A DNA stretch of 64,000 nt from Vicugna vicugna (Eukaryota): positions 2,616,844 to 2,680,843 of the forward strand of contig MU057711.1 in NCBI GenBank assembly GCA_013265495.1, in the 5' to 3' direction. This document shows positions 1 through 13,184 of the stretch, piece by piece (position 1 is the first letter of the stretch; each line of letters starts with the position of its first letter). The position numbers and the translations under genes are program-made. A model generated the notes under the pieces. That model saw only the letters and a program-made list of their open reading frames with translations, made no database searches and was not told where the DNA came from.

Positions 1-3000
1 GCCAGTGGTGGACGTCTCGTATTGTAATGGTTCTGTATTTGTTTCATGTGCATTACATTTTTTAAAACCCCATTCCTAACTAGGACATCACACCCATGAT
101 TGTATTGATGTTATGGCAAGACTAGATTTTTTTAAAAAGAGAAGAGAGAGGGCCGATTTCAAGAAAAGTATTAAGTGCTCATGGTAGCCCAGGTGGGACC
201 TGGTTCTGGGAGAAGTTGGGACGGTGGTCTGTGGATGCTGACAGCCTGCTGGGGTGACAGCCCAGGAGGTGGACTTTGCTGGCTTATTGCTGCCTGTGGC
301 CGGCTGTGTCTCCAGGATGGGACCAACCAGTCTTTAGGGGTCATTTGTATCCTGTAGGGACTAGGACCTGAGGCTCAGAGGAAGGGGACGCAGTGGTTCC
401 AGAGCCAGGCTCCAAGGGTCTGAAGTCCTCCCTGCCAAGCCCTGCCTCCTACTCCCTGCCCACCGTCCACCTTCCTGAGAAGTCTAGGAAGCAAGCCCAG
501 GCTGGAGCCCCTAGGATGTAGATTACATGCCCAGGGATTACATCTCGAGCAGATAAAAACAGGGAGGGAGAAATCTGAGGAATTTTAATTACCGCCACAC
601 ATCCCTGGAGCCCTGAAGTCTTGGTCCTCATAGGCCAAGCATGCAGGCCAGCTCTGCAGGCCGCAGCCCTGGGTGTCCGGCTTCCCGCTTCCACCCAGCT
701 CGCTGGGCTCTCACGGTGGAGCCAGGCTCGGGGACCCTCGTGGCGATGCTGCAGCAAGGCCGGTGGTGGCAGCCTCCTCTGTCTGGCTTCCAACCTCATC
801 CAGGCGTCTTGGGCTCGGGTTTTAGGAGCCTGTGGCTTGGTGCTGGGGGCTGTGGGCATCAGAGCTTTCAGTTGCGAGTAACGAGAGCCCACATGAACTG
901 GTGTAAGCAAGACGGGTAATTTCATGGCTTCTGTACCTGTCCCGTCCCCAGGAAAGGCAGGTGAGGGTGGCCCTGGCCCAGGATTCACCCAGCAGGTATC
1001 TACTACGTGTGCCCTATGCCTCAGGAACTGTTCTAGAGCTAAAGAGATTCAGACCCCAGCCCTGGGAGGGCCTGTGTGTTAGGGAAGGCTGGCCTTGAGG
1101 CCGTGAACGAGCGCCCTCTCCCGGCACTGGCCTCTCTCTGCCCCCACGGGAGCTCTCTCCTGGGGAGGACCTTCTCCAGCAGCTGCAGAGGAGATTAGAC
1201 GCGCAGCCTTGGCACCCGAGAAGTCTTTCCTGCCAGCTCTCGTGAGAAGGATCCCGGGGGATGACTCCACGTGGCTGAGCCGCGGCTGGGGGACAGGTGC
1301 CATGCGGGTGGAAAGCTGCAGCCCCTCTGGTGACCTGTGGCTGTGGGCGGCTGCAGTGTCTTCTGGGGAGTGGCCAAAGGCCCTGCCCCACTTCGCTCAT
1401 TTGAGAGGAAGGGCCATTTCTCTCTGGAAGCCGCCCCTTGAGATCTGGATTCTGCTGACATCTGGTCCGGGAAGCGTGAGTCTGCTTCCCTCCCATCCCC
1501 AGGGAGGGGGGAATCTCTTGGAGCCTGGGCCCCCAGGAGCCCTCCCTAATGCTGCCGCCAGTGCCTTCTCCCTCCCCGCCACCCTACCACCCCACCCCTG
1601 TGGGCAGAGCAGACTTTGGAGGCCAGAGAAAGCTCCCAGGGGCAGAAGTAACAAAGGTCTCCAGGTTAGAGGCGCATGTTGGAGTCGGGGACATTGAGGC
1701 CCAGAAAGTGGATGGCCCTGGTTTCCCGCCCACTCTTGATTCGAGGGTCTAGCCCAAAATAAGGGGTCTGCCCCACTGCTGGGTGGGGGGCCAGAGCCCC
1801 AGAAGGTCTGTGCTGCAGGAGACCACGAGCATCATCCTGGCCTGCTGCCCTCTTCTCGAGGTGAGGACCCCAGGGCCTGGGGCCTTTAACCCACTTTCTG
1901 TCCTTATGTGACCTTGGACCAGCCACTTCATCTCCTGGCTGAGCCTCATAAGTGACACATAGATGTACTTATCTTAAACATTGGAACAGTTCTGATACAC
2001 CTGAAGTTTCTGACTCCCACCCGCTTCCATCTCGTCTCCCTCCCCTCCTTGGGTTTAACCATGGACATCATGCACATGGGGGTTATCTCATGGCACATGT
2101 GTGTGTTTGGCGTTTTCTTGGATGTATAAGGAACTTCACACTCTGTGCATCTTTCATGTGGCATGGGCTCTGTGTGTCAGTGTGTACAGACCTGCCTAGC
2201 TCCTTTGAACTGCCACTAGCACACTTTCTTTTGATGGGTGTTCAGTGCGTTTCTGACGGTAGGTTAATAGGAACAATGTTACCATCAACATCACTGAACT
2301 TGAACATGCCTTCCCAGGACACATGTGTGAGTGTTGTCCCAGGGTGGAGCCTAAGGCATCAAATCTTTGGGTGTTAGGGTTTTGCAAGGATAAAATGTGA
2401 GAATGTTCCGAACACGTAGCAGGAGGAGGGCACTATGGAGGAGCGAAGTTGGTACCTTTGCATCAGATGCCATGCTACGTATTTTGTCTGCATTTTCTTA
2501 CTGACTCCTCTGACCTCGAAATCCTCATTTTACAGATGAGCAAAAGGGGGCCCAGAGGGGTTAAGGAAGGCATCTGCTATCACTCTGCTATCGAGGATGG
2601 GCAGGCGGGCACCCTGACTCCCAGGTGCAGCTGGGTTCTGGGAATGGAGCATCCCTGCCCTCCACAGCCAGAGCATGCTCTCTGAGGGGCCTGCCCACTG
2701 CAGCGCTGGTTCCCGAGGAATGTCCTGTGTGCGGGAACGCTGCCTTTATGCAGTGTGCTGAGAAGAGAGAGCCAGGAATTTCTTGGAGCAGCTCCAGGGC
2801 AGACCGCTTGGATCTAAGGGATCCAGTGTGGCTGGGTCCTGCCTCCCACCTTTCTCTTCCCCCCACATGTCGCAGCCCTGTGCATTCTTGGAATCTGTAA
2901 GTTGTGCCGTGTTCTGTGGGCACCAGGAGTTTCCTTTGAAACCCCGTGGCACCAACATCTGTTAGCTCTTAGAGAACAGAAAGATTGACAAAGAACTGCT

Positions 3001-3530
3001 GGGGCCGGCGGTGGGGGAAGATATTAAGCTCAGGAATATGAAGTCTCAAAGACAAAGAGGAAAAACCCCAACCAAACTCCAGCCGCTCCCCAAGGCCCTG
3101 CTTTGATGTGGGTTCCCTTCCCTGGAGGCCTTATAAGGCCTTGTGCCTGCAGTCCTGGGCTCTGGGCTGGTGCTGGCTGCATACTCAGCACCCGGAGGAG
3201 CTGGCCTCTCTTCCTGGGGCCCAGCGTGGGGCAGAGGAGGGGGCAGTGCTGGGACTCAGGAAGGAGGCAGGCTCTGGGCCCTGTGGCCTGAGAAGCCACC
3301 AAACCTGGCCACTGGGCAGGGGGTAGCCTGGCACCAAGCTGGGCGGGGCAGGAGGTCTGGGTATCCAGGAAGGTCTTTGATCAGAACTTGGAGCAGAGAC
3401 TGAGGCTGACTGTCCTAGAGGCCAGAGGAGCGGGGGTTGGGACCAGGGGCCAGAGTGATGGCTTAGTGGACAAAGGAAGCAGTGAAGGGCAGTCACTGCA
3501 TACCAAGCCCCATACTCGGCTTCTTCTAGG

Positions 3531-3710
3531 GCAGTGGTGAAGAGTAAGAACCCTGGAACCAGGCAGCCTGCTTTCAGTCCTGGCTCTGATATTTACTAGC
3601 TGTGTGACCTTGGGCAAGTCACTTAACCTCTCTGTGCCTCAGTTTTCTCACCTGTAGAGTAGGGATAGTAATGGTGCCACCTCAAAGGACTGCCATGGGG
3701 ATTAAATGCA
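3531..3710 (+). mobile_element. MIR SINE
   Basis: Contains the MIR core actagctgtgtgaccttgggcaagtcacttaacctctctgtgcctcagtttt. Further degenerate MIRs at about 3840-4060(-), 11950-12140, 20830-21180, 25490-25620(-), 37750-37900, 43520-43670 and 63540-63740. Confidence 0.85.
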
Positions 3711-6212
3711 AAGCACTAAAAATATGCACCAGGCAGGACAAGAACATGTTTCTCCATGTCTGCGAGGGCACCTTGGGCCTTTCAGCTTCTCCCAGCAATG
3801 TTCCAGTGGCTTTCTGACGATAAGAGTAGAAGCAATAAGCAGTACCAATGTCTGCAGAGCCCCAGTCGTGGTATCAGGTATAACGCTCAGTACTTGATGT
3901 GCAGTGACTTAGTTAATCCTCACACCCACCCTGAGACTGGGTGAGTGCTGTCCTCCCTGTGTACCGATGGGGAGACTGAGGCACACTGGGGGATAAAGCT
4001 CCTTCATCCAGATGGCCAGCTGGTGTGAGGCAGAGCTGGGCTTTGAACCAAGGTCTGAATAATGCCAGTTCCATTCCCCACACCCTCTGTGCTGGGGCTC
4101 CCACTGGGGCTTGTGGCTGTTGAGGGGGTCTGAGTGCCTTCCTGCAGGATGGTCCTGAGGGCCTGGCCCCAAACCTTGCATGCAGAGGCTCCTGGCCATA
4201 GCCTGGTCCAGTCTTAAACCTAGTAGGGAGGAGCCGTGGGGCCTTTGAGTCCTGCAGGGCAGCTGGGAGTACTTGGCCCCTGACCCACTGGAGCTGCTGT
4301 GCTGTTTTCTTGCACTTCCATAAGCATGACTCTTGGTCCCTGACAAGTGCCGGGACTCTGGGCCACCTCTGTCCCCATGCCCATGGGAGCCCTGATTCCA
4401 CTGTCCGGGCTCAGGCCAGGCACCACTAGGTGCTGGCTCAAGTCTTGGCTCTGCTGATGATCCAGAGACAGTTGCTTGGCCTCTTGGAGCCTCCTCCTCA
4501 TTTAAACCCAGGGCTGCTGGGAACCCCGTTCTCTGGAGGTTCTGGTGAATATTCTGTCAGTCGGTGCCTCATGCACCGTGAGTACTTGGTGATATAAGTG
4601 ACCGTTGTCAGCATTATTGTCCTGTCTCATTCCTTGAGGGATGGGGCACTTTGTCAAAGAAAACAATAACAGTTACACCTCTCACTTTACAATTTGCAAA
4701 TCAGTTTTATGAGCATGTGCTCCTTGAGAGATGGAAAGAGCAGGGCTGTTGTGATGATGGAGGGAGATAATACATGTATAAAGTGTTTGGCATGGTGCCC
4801 GGCACGTAGGAAATGCATAATAAGCGTCAGCTGTCTTGTTATTGTTATAGTTTATCCACGTGCCCACTTATAGATAAGTAGACTGAGGTTCCCAGAAGGC
4901 AGTGGCTGGCCGCACATCCAGGGGCGTGGGAGGCGGTGGAGCCAGGATGTGATCCTGTCTGGCTTAGCATTCTGTGTTGCCTCTGGCCCAGTGATTCAAA
5001 GCTTGAGGGCCACAGACACTGCACTTCTCAGGTCCCAGGCTGTCTGGGTCAGTGGAAGAAATGAATTTTTGCCACAGCTGAGCACCTGCTCTGCACTGTG
5101 TGTCAGCAGACTGTAGAGCTGAGGAGCTTTCGCTGTGTTGTACAGAGCAGGGTAAGGTTTAGCAGGAAGAGGGCAACCCCAGAACTTGCCAGAACTCTGC
5201 TTTAATGTGCAGAGACATATCTTTAATATGTCAGAGAGCTAGGTCCCCCCAGCAGACAGGTCTTCTCTGAGAGCACTGAAGCCGCCATCAGAGTGATGAC
5301 TGTGGGTGCATTAGACACACCGAGAGGCATCGTTATAGGACTTCCAGACGGCTGCTTTGTTGGTGGTGACATTTGGAGCCTTTAAACTTCTCTGAGGATA
5401 CCAGTAAAAAGTTGCAAGTTCCCAAAAGTATCCATCTCACGGGTCCTGTCAGCCTTGCCAGGAGCGGTCAAGGTGACGACCGAGGTCACTGCCAGATCCC
5501 GTCCTCCTCAAGGCCCCAGCGTGAACAGGTCTCTTGCTTCCCTTGAAGATGGTCGCCTGCTCCTGTGAGGAAGTGCTGCCTGCCAGCCTTTCTGGGAAGC
5601 GGCATCCGTCTTCCTCCGGCATGAAAGATGGGCTTTAATTGGCTGCCGGGGCGTCCCAGCCATCTAATGATGCCAGCCGAGTGCAGCCCTTTTCCTGTCA
5701 CCGTCTCCCAGTCCCCTTGTCAGCTCCAGCTCTGTTAACACAAACAGCCAGTTTACAAGCCCAGGAAGTGTTCGGTGATTATAATTGGTAAAGGAGGAGA
5801 GAGAAGCCATCCCGACTTGAGGAATAAAGTAGCCTGGTTTTGAAGTCCATGGGACACCAGGAGTCTGAATGACCACATTTTAAGAACCTCCGAGAGAGAG
5901 TGTGTAATGCCCCAGAACAATTTGAAAGAAGAATGAGAACAGAGAAGACCAGCCCTAATCCATATAATGTTAGCTGTTCATCTTTAAAAACACACACAAG
6001 GCTTCTCTCCAGCTGTGTCCAATTGATAAGATCAACTAGAAAAAGCATTGTTTTTCTTTTGTTAATCAAGGCGAGCACTGGTTTTTCTTTTAAAGCATCT
6101 CCAGTGCAGGATTCTTTTTCTTTTCATTTTTCAAGAAGAGGGTGTTTTTTTCTTTTTCTTTATACTTTTTTTTTTCCCAAAAAAGAGAACTTGGTGACAG
6201 CTGCTGAGTTCA

Positions 6213-6215
<3 letters not shown>

Positions 6216-6261
<46 letters not shown>
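6216..6261 (+). repeat. Poly(T) run, 46 nt
   Basis: Direct count of uninterrupted T. Confidence 0.95.
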
Positions 6262-6264
<3 letters not shown>

Positions 6265-7430
6265 TGTGGATATCAAGAGAGATAAGCATTGTGGACGCTG
6301 CCCCCAACCAAACCTCATTTCTCCCCCAAAAGGGGAACATTTGCCACCGTGGGTTCCTCAGAACACGAATCCCATGTAATGCTTTTGAAAAACAAAACTT
6401 CGTGGTCTGAGTAGGTTTGGGGTATGCAACATAAAGTGCTACTTTGAGATCCTCAGTGTCCTTTAGCGTAGTAAGTCCTGCAGTAAGGGATCTTGTTTAA
6501 CTTTGTTTCAAACAATCTCTTTTGATCACAGAACTCCTCTTGGCAGAATACCCCTAAATACGGAAGACAGCTTGACGAGCGGCTCTCCTCCCCGTCTAGG
6601 TGATCCTGCTGGGGTGGGGTCAGCTAGATCAGACCTTTATTGACATCCCGGAAATTTCCCAGCCCGTGGACTGAGCAAACTCCCCTTGCCAACCTGACAA
6701 CACCTGGGTGGTAGCCTGACCAGGCTGATTGGGAGCAGCTCTGCCACGTGGGATGAGATACCGGACATTTTAAACTCACACGTGGGAACCAAGGCAAAGC
6801 GTGTGCAAGGGTCAGGCTAGTTGCTGGAAGGTGTGTGTGTCGGGGAGATGCGGGAGGTGTGACTGAAGGTCAGCTGGTGCCAAAGCCTGTAGGTTCCTAG
6901 ATGTTGTGCTAAAGAGTTGGAGTTTATGTTAAGGGTAGTCGGCACCTGCCCTACCAGCACACCATGCCCTCTTGATAAATCCACCAAGATGCACCACCTG
7001 GGCCCCTCTGGTACGGGAAGGGTCCAAATTGGGATCTCTTCTTGGAACTCAGAGGGGAAGCTGTGGTCCTGATCCATCAAGTGGCTCAGAGGGATAGAGG
7101 AGGGACATTTTCTCATCTTGTCTTTATTTTTTTCCAGGGTAGGGTGTCGAACTCCCTTTCCGAGAGAGAAGTGTGGTCCTGTGTAGTGCTCCATAGCGGG
7201 CTGTAGGCTGAGGAAAACTTACTTCCTAAAAAGCAGTGCAATAATTAACTTTTCATGTGTGATAGAATCTACCTAGTTGACCTAAGTTCCCATCAGAAGA
7301 ATCAGAACGGGGTCCCTGCTTCTTTGCATCCAGCCACTCACACATTCATGATACCACCTTGATGGTGACAATGCTAGGTTCCTATCTGACCCTGATACTT
7401 CCTTAATATCCCTGCTTTGTCTTTCTCTAG

Positions 7431-7497
7431 GAGCTTGTGGGCGAAGTTTTCAGAGAAACGCTCAGCGAGGAAGAAGAGGAAGACTTTCGGCTAGAAG
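7431..7497 (+). CDS. NKD1: NKD1 internal coding exon (human exon 4 equivalent), 67 nt
   Basis: Pyrimidine tract ...ctttgtctttctctag acceptor. Encodes ELVGEVFRETLSEEEEEDFRLE+1 nt, recognisable NKD1 sequence. Donor AAG|gtacta. Upstream exons lie outside the window. Confidence 0.95.
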
Positions 7498-8914
7498 GTA
7501 CTAGAGTCCATCACTCCCTTCCCAAGGGCAGTGAAGTGGAAAAGGGCCATCTGGTCTACCTCATGCCCCACGTCTCCTCCAGAAAATTTGCAAACCAGGT
7601 GGAGGACAGGACTCTGACTCTTGATAGGGGTGGTCTAGGGGTAGGTGGCGTGAGGAGCAAGGGGGAAGTAAAGCACCTCTTAGGGACATGCCTGGGGTGG
7701 AGCCCGACCACACAGGTGCACATCCTGGCTCTGCCCTGTATCAGCTGTGGGGTCCTGGACAGGCTGTTTGACTGCAGCTTCCCCATTGAGGGTGATCACA
7801 GTAGCCACTCATAGGACCCTCAAGCAGGCTGGGCATGTAGCAAGCACTGCACGAAGTAGTCCTTGTATTTCCCCCTTTTTCCACTCACATCACCCACCCG
7901 GATGGAGCACAGGCGTGCACACACACACAAATGCACCCCAGCCCCTCACTGCTCTCCTCTGTTGCTCTCACTCCATTCTTTCTTCAAGGGGAAGTAGCAC
8001 ATTGCAGACAGAATTAGGACCCTTGAGTAGAGGGCCGGCTGGCCCCTGGTGTGCTGATTTGGCTTTGGGGAGCCACATTCCCTTTCTAAGCCTGAGTTTC
8101 CACGTTTGTAGAATAAGAATGAGGGCCGTTTCCTGCCTGAGTCCCTGCGTTGGTGCAAGGACTGGCTGGCATCAGAAAACACTTAATAAATGAGATAGCA
8201 TTTCCCTTTTTTACTGAGAAACAGAGGAGAGAATTGCCAAACTGGGGCACCTGTAGGACAGTAAAGTCCTCTCTACTGAGACCAGGACAGGTAGCTGTCA
8301 GGAAAGCTGGGCACCCAGGGGTCTCTGGGGGGAATCCGGGCCTTGAGGGTCCTGTAGGGCCTTGAGAGGAGAGTAGTCTGTGCCAGGAGGTTCTGGAGGG
8401 GAGCCTGGGCCAGACCCGAGGACTGTGGCCACGTTGGGCCTGAGAGCTGTGTTGAGTGTAGAATCCCTGGCCCCCATCCTGCTCTGTAACAGGCTCCCCA
8501 GGTCACTTGTATGCATGTTGCACTTTGACAAGCACTGTTTTAAGAGACTCGCGCAGTGGCCCAGGCGTTGGAAGCTGGTTGGGGACCCAGATTTCTGTCA
8601 AACTTTGCTCAGATACAAGTAGATCCCGCACAGAAGCAGGAGGAGTCACGTGGACATGACTCTGCCCAGGCTCTGGGGTGTTTGCCTTGAGTGTGTTTGC
8701 CTGTGGATCTGGTAGCTACACTCAGGGGCTCAGGGGCTTTGATTCTCATTGTTCCCTGGGCTCTCCCAACCCTCAGTTGTCATCCTTGGCTCTGTGGAGA
8801 GATGCCAGGACTTGGGGCCTAGAGAAGATCCGGGGAGTCAGGTGAAGGTCTGCAGGATGTCCCTGGGGACTGAGGTGACCCCCTCCCCTCACATGTGGAT
8901 TACATGGGCTTCAG

Positions 8915-9360
8915 TATTCATTCCACTTACTTATTCATTTGCTCACTCACTGGGGAACTTAGCAACTTTATTCTATTGTTCATTCATGCCTCCCCATCTA
9001 TTCCATCCACCAGCCATTCACTATCCATCCAATCACCCATCTGTCCATTTATCTATCTGTTCATTCATCCACCCATTACTCACTCATCACCCACCCAATA
9101 ATCCATGACCCACTTATCCAACACTTATTCATTCATCTGTTGCTCCCCCTATCACCCACCTATCCTTCCATCACTGCCTGTTCATTCATCTGCCTCCTCT
9201 TTTGTTACTCACCCATCAGCTGGCCAGCCCTTAGCTATCCCTCAGCCACCCATAATCCATCCTCTGCCCAACTATTCATCATCCATCACTCATTCCTTAA
9301 TCCATTTAACCATCCTCCAATTATCATCCACCTATCTATCTATTCATCATTTATTGAGTC
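8915..9360 (+). repeat. Degenerate (TCCA/TTCA)n low-complexity tract, possibly expanded from an L2 tail
   Basis: Repeated ccat/tcat/catc units, ending in catttattgagtccctgg, which resembles an antisense L2 end. Confidence 0.75.
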
Positions 9361-12341
9361 CCTGGTTCCTGCAAAACACAAGGCACTTCTGTCCATTGAG
9401 GCTCAGTCTAAAATCATGTAATTGATTTCAAATGAGGCATCTTTCCCTGTAGACATGAAATGGCCTGCCTATGGCATCAACCTCTCTTTCTGAAAGGGAG
9501 AGTACTTTGTTCAGTCACTGCATTCAGAGCATGAGCCCTGTTGTAATGAAGTAGAAAGAACACTTGGCCTAGGAGCCCATGGACCTGGCTCCCTCCCAGC
9601 TCCCACAGTGACTTGCCGTGAACCTTGGCCAAGTTCCTCCGTCTCTGGGTCCCCTGCCATCAGTAACATGATGCTTGGGGACATGGAGCTGGATTTGGTG
9701 GATGCTCAGAGGATGTGGGCACCTTACAGGGAGGATGAACTGCTGTGGGGGGGCGGGGGTGGCACTGACAAACACTGGCTGACAGATGGGGGATAAATAT
9801 GAGGTGCCCAAGCTTCCCAGCTCCTGTCGGGAAAAAGGCTTGAAGTTGGTGGCACGCGATCTGTCCCCATGGTTGACAGCTACAGGTCGAGCTTTGAGGG
9901 CAGCCAGGGTGCCTTGCCTGGATGGTGTCCGGGCACATTGATGCCACCACTGACAAGGGAAGGGGAGCCACTAGTCCGACTCAGTTTCTCAACTAGGGGT
10001 TAGACTAGGTTTTCAAGTTTCCAGCCCCTTTCTTCAAACAGAAGCTCACACAGAAGCACAAAGTGTAAAACGGTCTAGGTTGCAGAAAGATGCAGTCAGA
10101 TATATGCATAGACAAAGATGTCTGTTATAAACAGTATGTTATCTTTTACGTAAAAAAGGGCGTGGGCAGTACTCTGTATTTCCTTGTATATGTGAGTGAA
10201 TAGCACATACATCTATATATTACCATGTAGCTGGAGGTCTAGACAGACAAAAACAGTGGCTCCTTCTGGGCAGGGGAGGAGGAGACTAAAACTGGAAAGC
10301 GTGGTCAAAGAGGTTTGTAGCATTAACTGTAATTAATCTTTTAACTTTTGCAAGAAGAATGTAATCATATATTCCTTTGAAATGGGAGACTCGCAACAGA
10401 GTTAAAAAGCGAGAAGAGTAAGTAAATAAAGCAGTGGTGTGGGGCTGCCTGTGTCGCTCCTGAGACTTCTTGGAAGGGATGCTGGCCCCAGTGACTGTGG
10501 TCCTCCAGCCACCCTTGGCTCCAGGTCAAAGGCCACCCCCCCACCCCCCAGTGCAGAGGACATGGCTGTGGACGGCAGGCCACCCCATGGCCAGGCCTGT
10601 TGAGAATGGGTGCTGCCAAGTCCTGGCCACAGAGAAGCATCCACCTGGCCCCAGAGTTGGGGCTGCGGGCATCCGTCTATGCTCCGGGCCAAGGGAGAGC
10701 AAGCTGAAGCCTGAATCTCTTCTTTGTCTTCCTGTTGGCCAAGTTCATTGCCTCTTGGCTGGCTGGAGGGCTGTTAAGGGAGAAAAAAGGCCATCTGAGG
10801 CGTGAAGATAAAAAGAAGTCTTTTAGCCATCCCAGGAGAGGACGGCTTTAGCTCCTGCGTTGTTATGTAAAGCCGGCCCCTAATCCAGCATCTTAACTGC
10901 CTTAACTGGCCAGCTGGGAGCTCGTGGGATGGGAGATTAAGGCTGGGCTGGGAGCGAGGGCTGGGGCTGGGAGCTCCTTTTGAACTGTGGCGAGAACAAA
11001 GTGAGCAGGAAGAGTCCCGCACTCCAGAGGCCGTGGGCGTGGCAGGCAGGACCTGCGGCTGCAGGGGAAGGGGAGAGGGACCCTCCTCTGCTGACCCCGC
11101 AGGACACTGAGGACCAGGGACGGTCACCCTACACCTCACTCCACTACCACCTGCCATCCCCACCTCTCCAGTTGGGCAGGATGACAAGTGGTGGCCGCCT
11201 GTGGCCTGAGGTGGACATTGGTGCCAGGCCTGTTTGGCAGACCTGTGTCACCCTGAGCAGCCTCCAGGAAGCGCTGTGTCTGGGGGTGTCCTCCTGACCC
11301 GGCATTGACGACACTACTGCTCTGTGCCCGTCAGGCGGGAAATACCTGTAAGTGGTCGCAGGCCCCTCCCTCTGGGGCCCCTCTCCCCGCACCTAGTGCT
11401 GTGACCCGACTTCACCCCTGTCCAGCCTCTTGGCTCACTCCTCCCTCTCATCCTCGGCCTCTGCCCACGGACCCTCAGCATCATGGCTGTTTCTTGTCTT
11501 TCCACCTCTTTGCTTAGGGGTGAAAGCGGGCAGAGTGCAGTCAGCTTGGCATCTTCTGTAGAAAGCTGACTCTGCAGAACCCAGTCCCGCCTGCTGGTCC
11601 TGCCTTCATTCAGGACTAAAAGCCCCTCAAAGTCCCTGGAGTCAGGTGGCCTCTATCCTGGGGGCCAGGCCCTCCCTCCAGGCTCCCAGGGCTGCTGCCA
11701 GGCAGGCCTCGCTTTGGCTCAGCTCGGGTTTGGCCTGGCAGGTCTGTGGGTTCTCTGCTTCCCTCGCCTGTGGGTGGCTGTACCTGGAGTGGCAGGTCTT
11801 GCCGAGCAGGGCAGTGGTGTTAGGACTGAGACCCGGAAGGTGGAGCAGCCCCACTGAGCTCAGGACCTGTCCCAGTCTGCACCACCGAGCCCTGTCTTCT
11901 TCCAACCCTATCATAGTGTATGAGAGGCGCCCTCCTCCCTTTATTCTGAAGTCAGACCCCAGATCCAGCCTGGTTTACAAATCACTGTGTGACCTTGAGT
12001 GACTCACTTAACTCCTCTGTGCTTTAGTTTCCCCGGTCTCTTGTTGGGGGCAGCCATAGCACTTCTTCCTCAGAGTTCCTATGAAGACAGCGAGGTTATT
12101 TATGGAAGCCCAGAGAACAGCCCTGGTACAGAGTATGCCAATGTCTGCGAGCTGCCGTGACTCTTGTTTCGTGGGTCCATCTTTCTTGAAGAGGGGCCAA
12201 CTGGTGTTTGTAATTATTTACTAGTCCAGATCAAAGAGGGCCTATTTTCAAAGCTTCTTTAATCCTATTAGAATCTCTGAATGTCTCCTTCTACTCCCAG
12301 TGCGTGACATAGTCTGGCATGCCGTAAGAGCTCAGTAAATA

Positions 12342-12931
12342 CAGATCTCCCTTGACTTATGATGGCGTTACGTCCCGATAAAGCCATTATAAGTTGAAAA
12401 TGTCGTTACTCGAAAATACATTTCATACATCCAACCTGCCGACCATCATAGCATGGCCTTGCCTGCCTTACACGTGCTCAGAGCACTCATGTTAGTCTAC
12501 ACTAGGGAAAAATCATCTTACACAAAGCCTGTTTACAATAAAGTGTTGAATACTTCATGTCATTTGTTGAATACTGTACTGGAAGTGAAAAACAGAATGG
12601 TTGTCTGGGTGCGGGATGGGTGTCAGTGTATGGGTTGTGTGCCCCGTGATCGTGTGGCTGATTCAGCTTGGCTACTTCTATAGAAAGCTGACTCCACAGA
12701 ACCCAGTCCTGCCTTCTGGTCCTGCCTTCATTCAGGACTAAAAGCCCCTAAGAGCCCCCGGAGTCAGGATCCTGACTCACTGCCGCTACCACCATCACAA
12801 GAGGGGACCATACTGCAGGTCACCAGCCCTGGAAAAGATCCAGATTTGAAATTCGAAGTACAGTTTCTACTGAATGCGTATCGCTTTCACACCTTTGTAA
12901 AGTCGAAAAATCGCAAGTCAGGGACCAGCTG
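12342..12931 (+). mobile_element. Tigger5/MER47-family TcMar MITE with an internal foreign insertion, itself inserted in an L2 3' end
   Basis: TA target duplication at 12340-41 and 12932-33. Imperfect TIRs (cagatctcccttgacttatgat / reverse complement cagctggtccctgacttgcgat). Body resembles MER47/Tigger5 (aataaagtgttgaata...gaagtgaaaaacagaatggttgt...tttctactgaatgcgtatcgctttc). Confidence 0.85.
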
Positions 12932-13184
12932 TACTCACTAGATGAATGAAGCACCACCACGCAGTTACTGAAGTCAGGCCCCCAGGCAGGTCCCGTGTAC
13001 CCCGCTCCAGTCCATCCAGGCTCCCAGGTGTGAGATGTCAACCATTCACTGAGCAGAGGAGCCCTTGGGAGGCCTTTAGTTCCCTTCATTTGTGGTAGGA
13101 AATCTGAGGCCCAGAGAGGGGATGTGACCGGTCCAAGGTCACACAGCGGAGTGGGAACAGAACTCAGGCCTTTAACACCTCCTT

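Noticed and set aside
7437..7814. ORFs running from NKD1 exons into introns (also 22602-23105, 25949-26254, 31434-31778, 33486-33800)
   Set aside because: Similarity to NKD1 stops exactly at GT donors; the read-through portions are ordinary intron.
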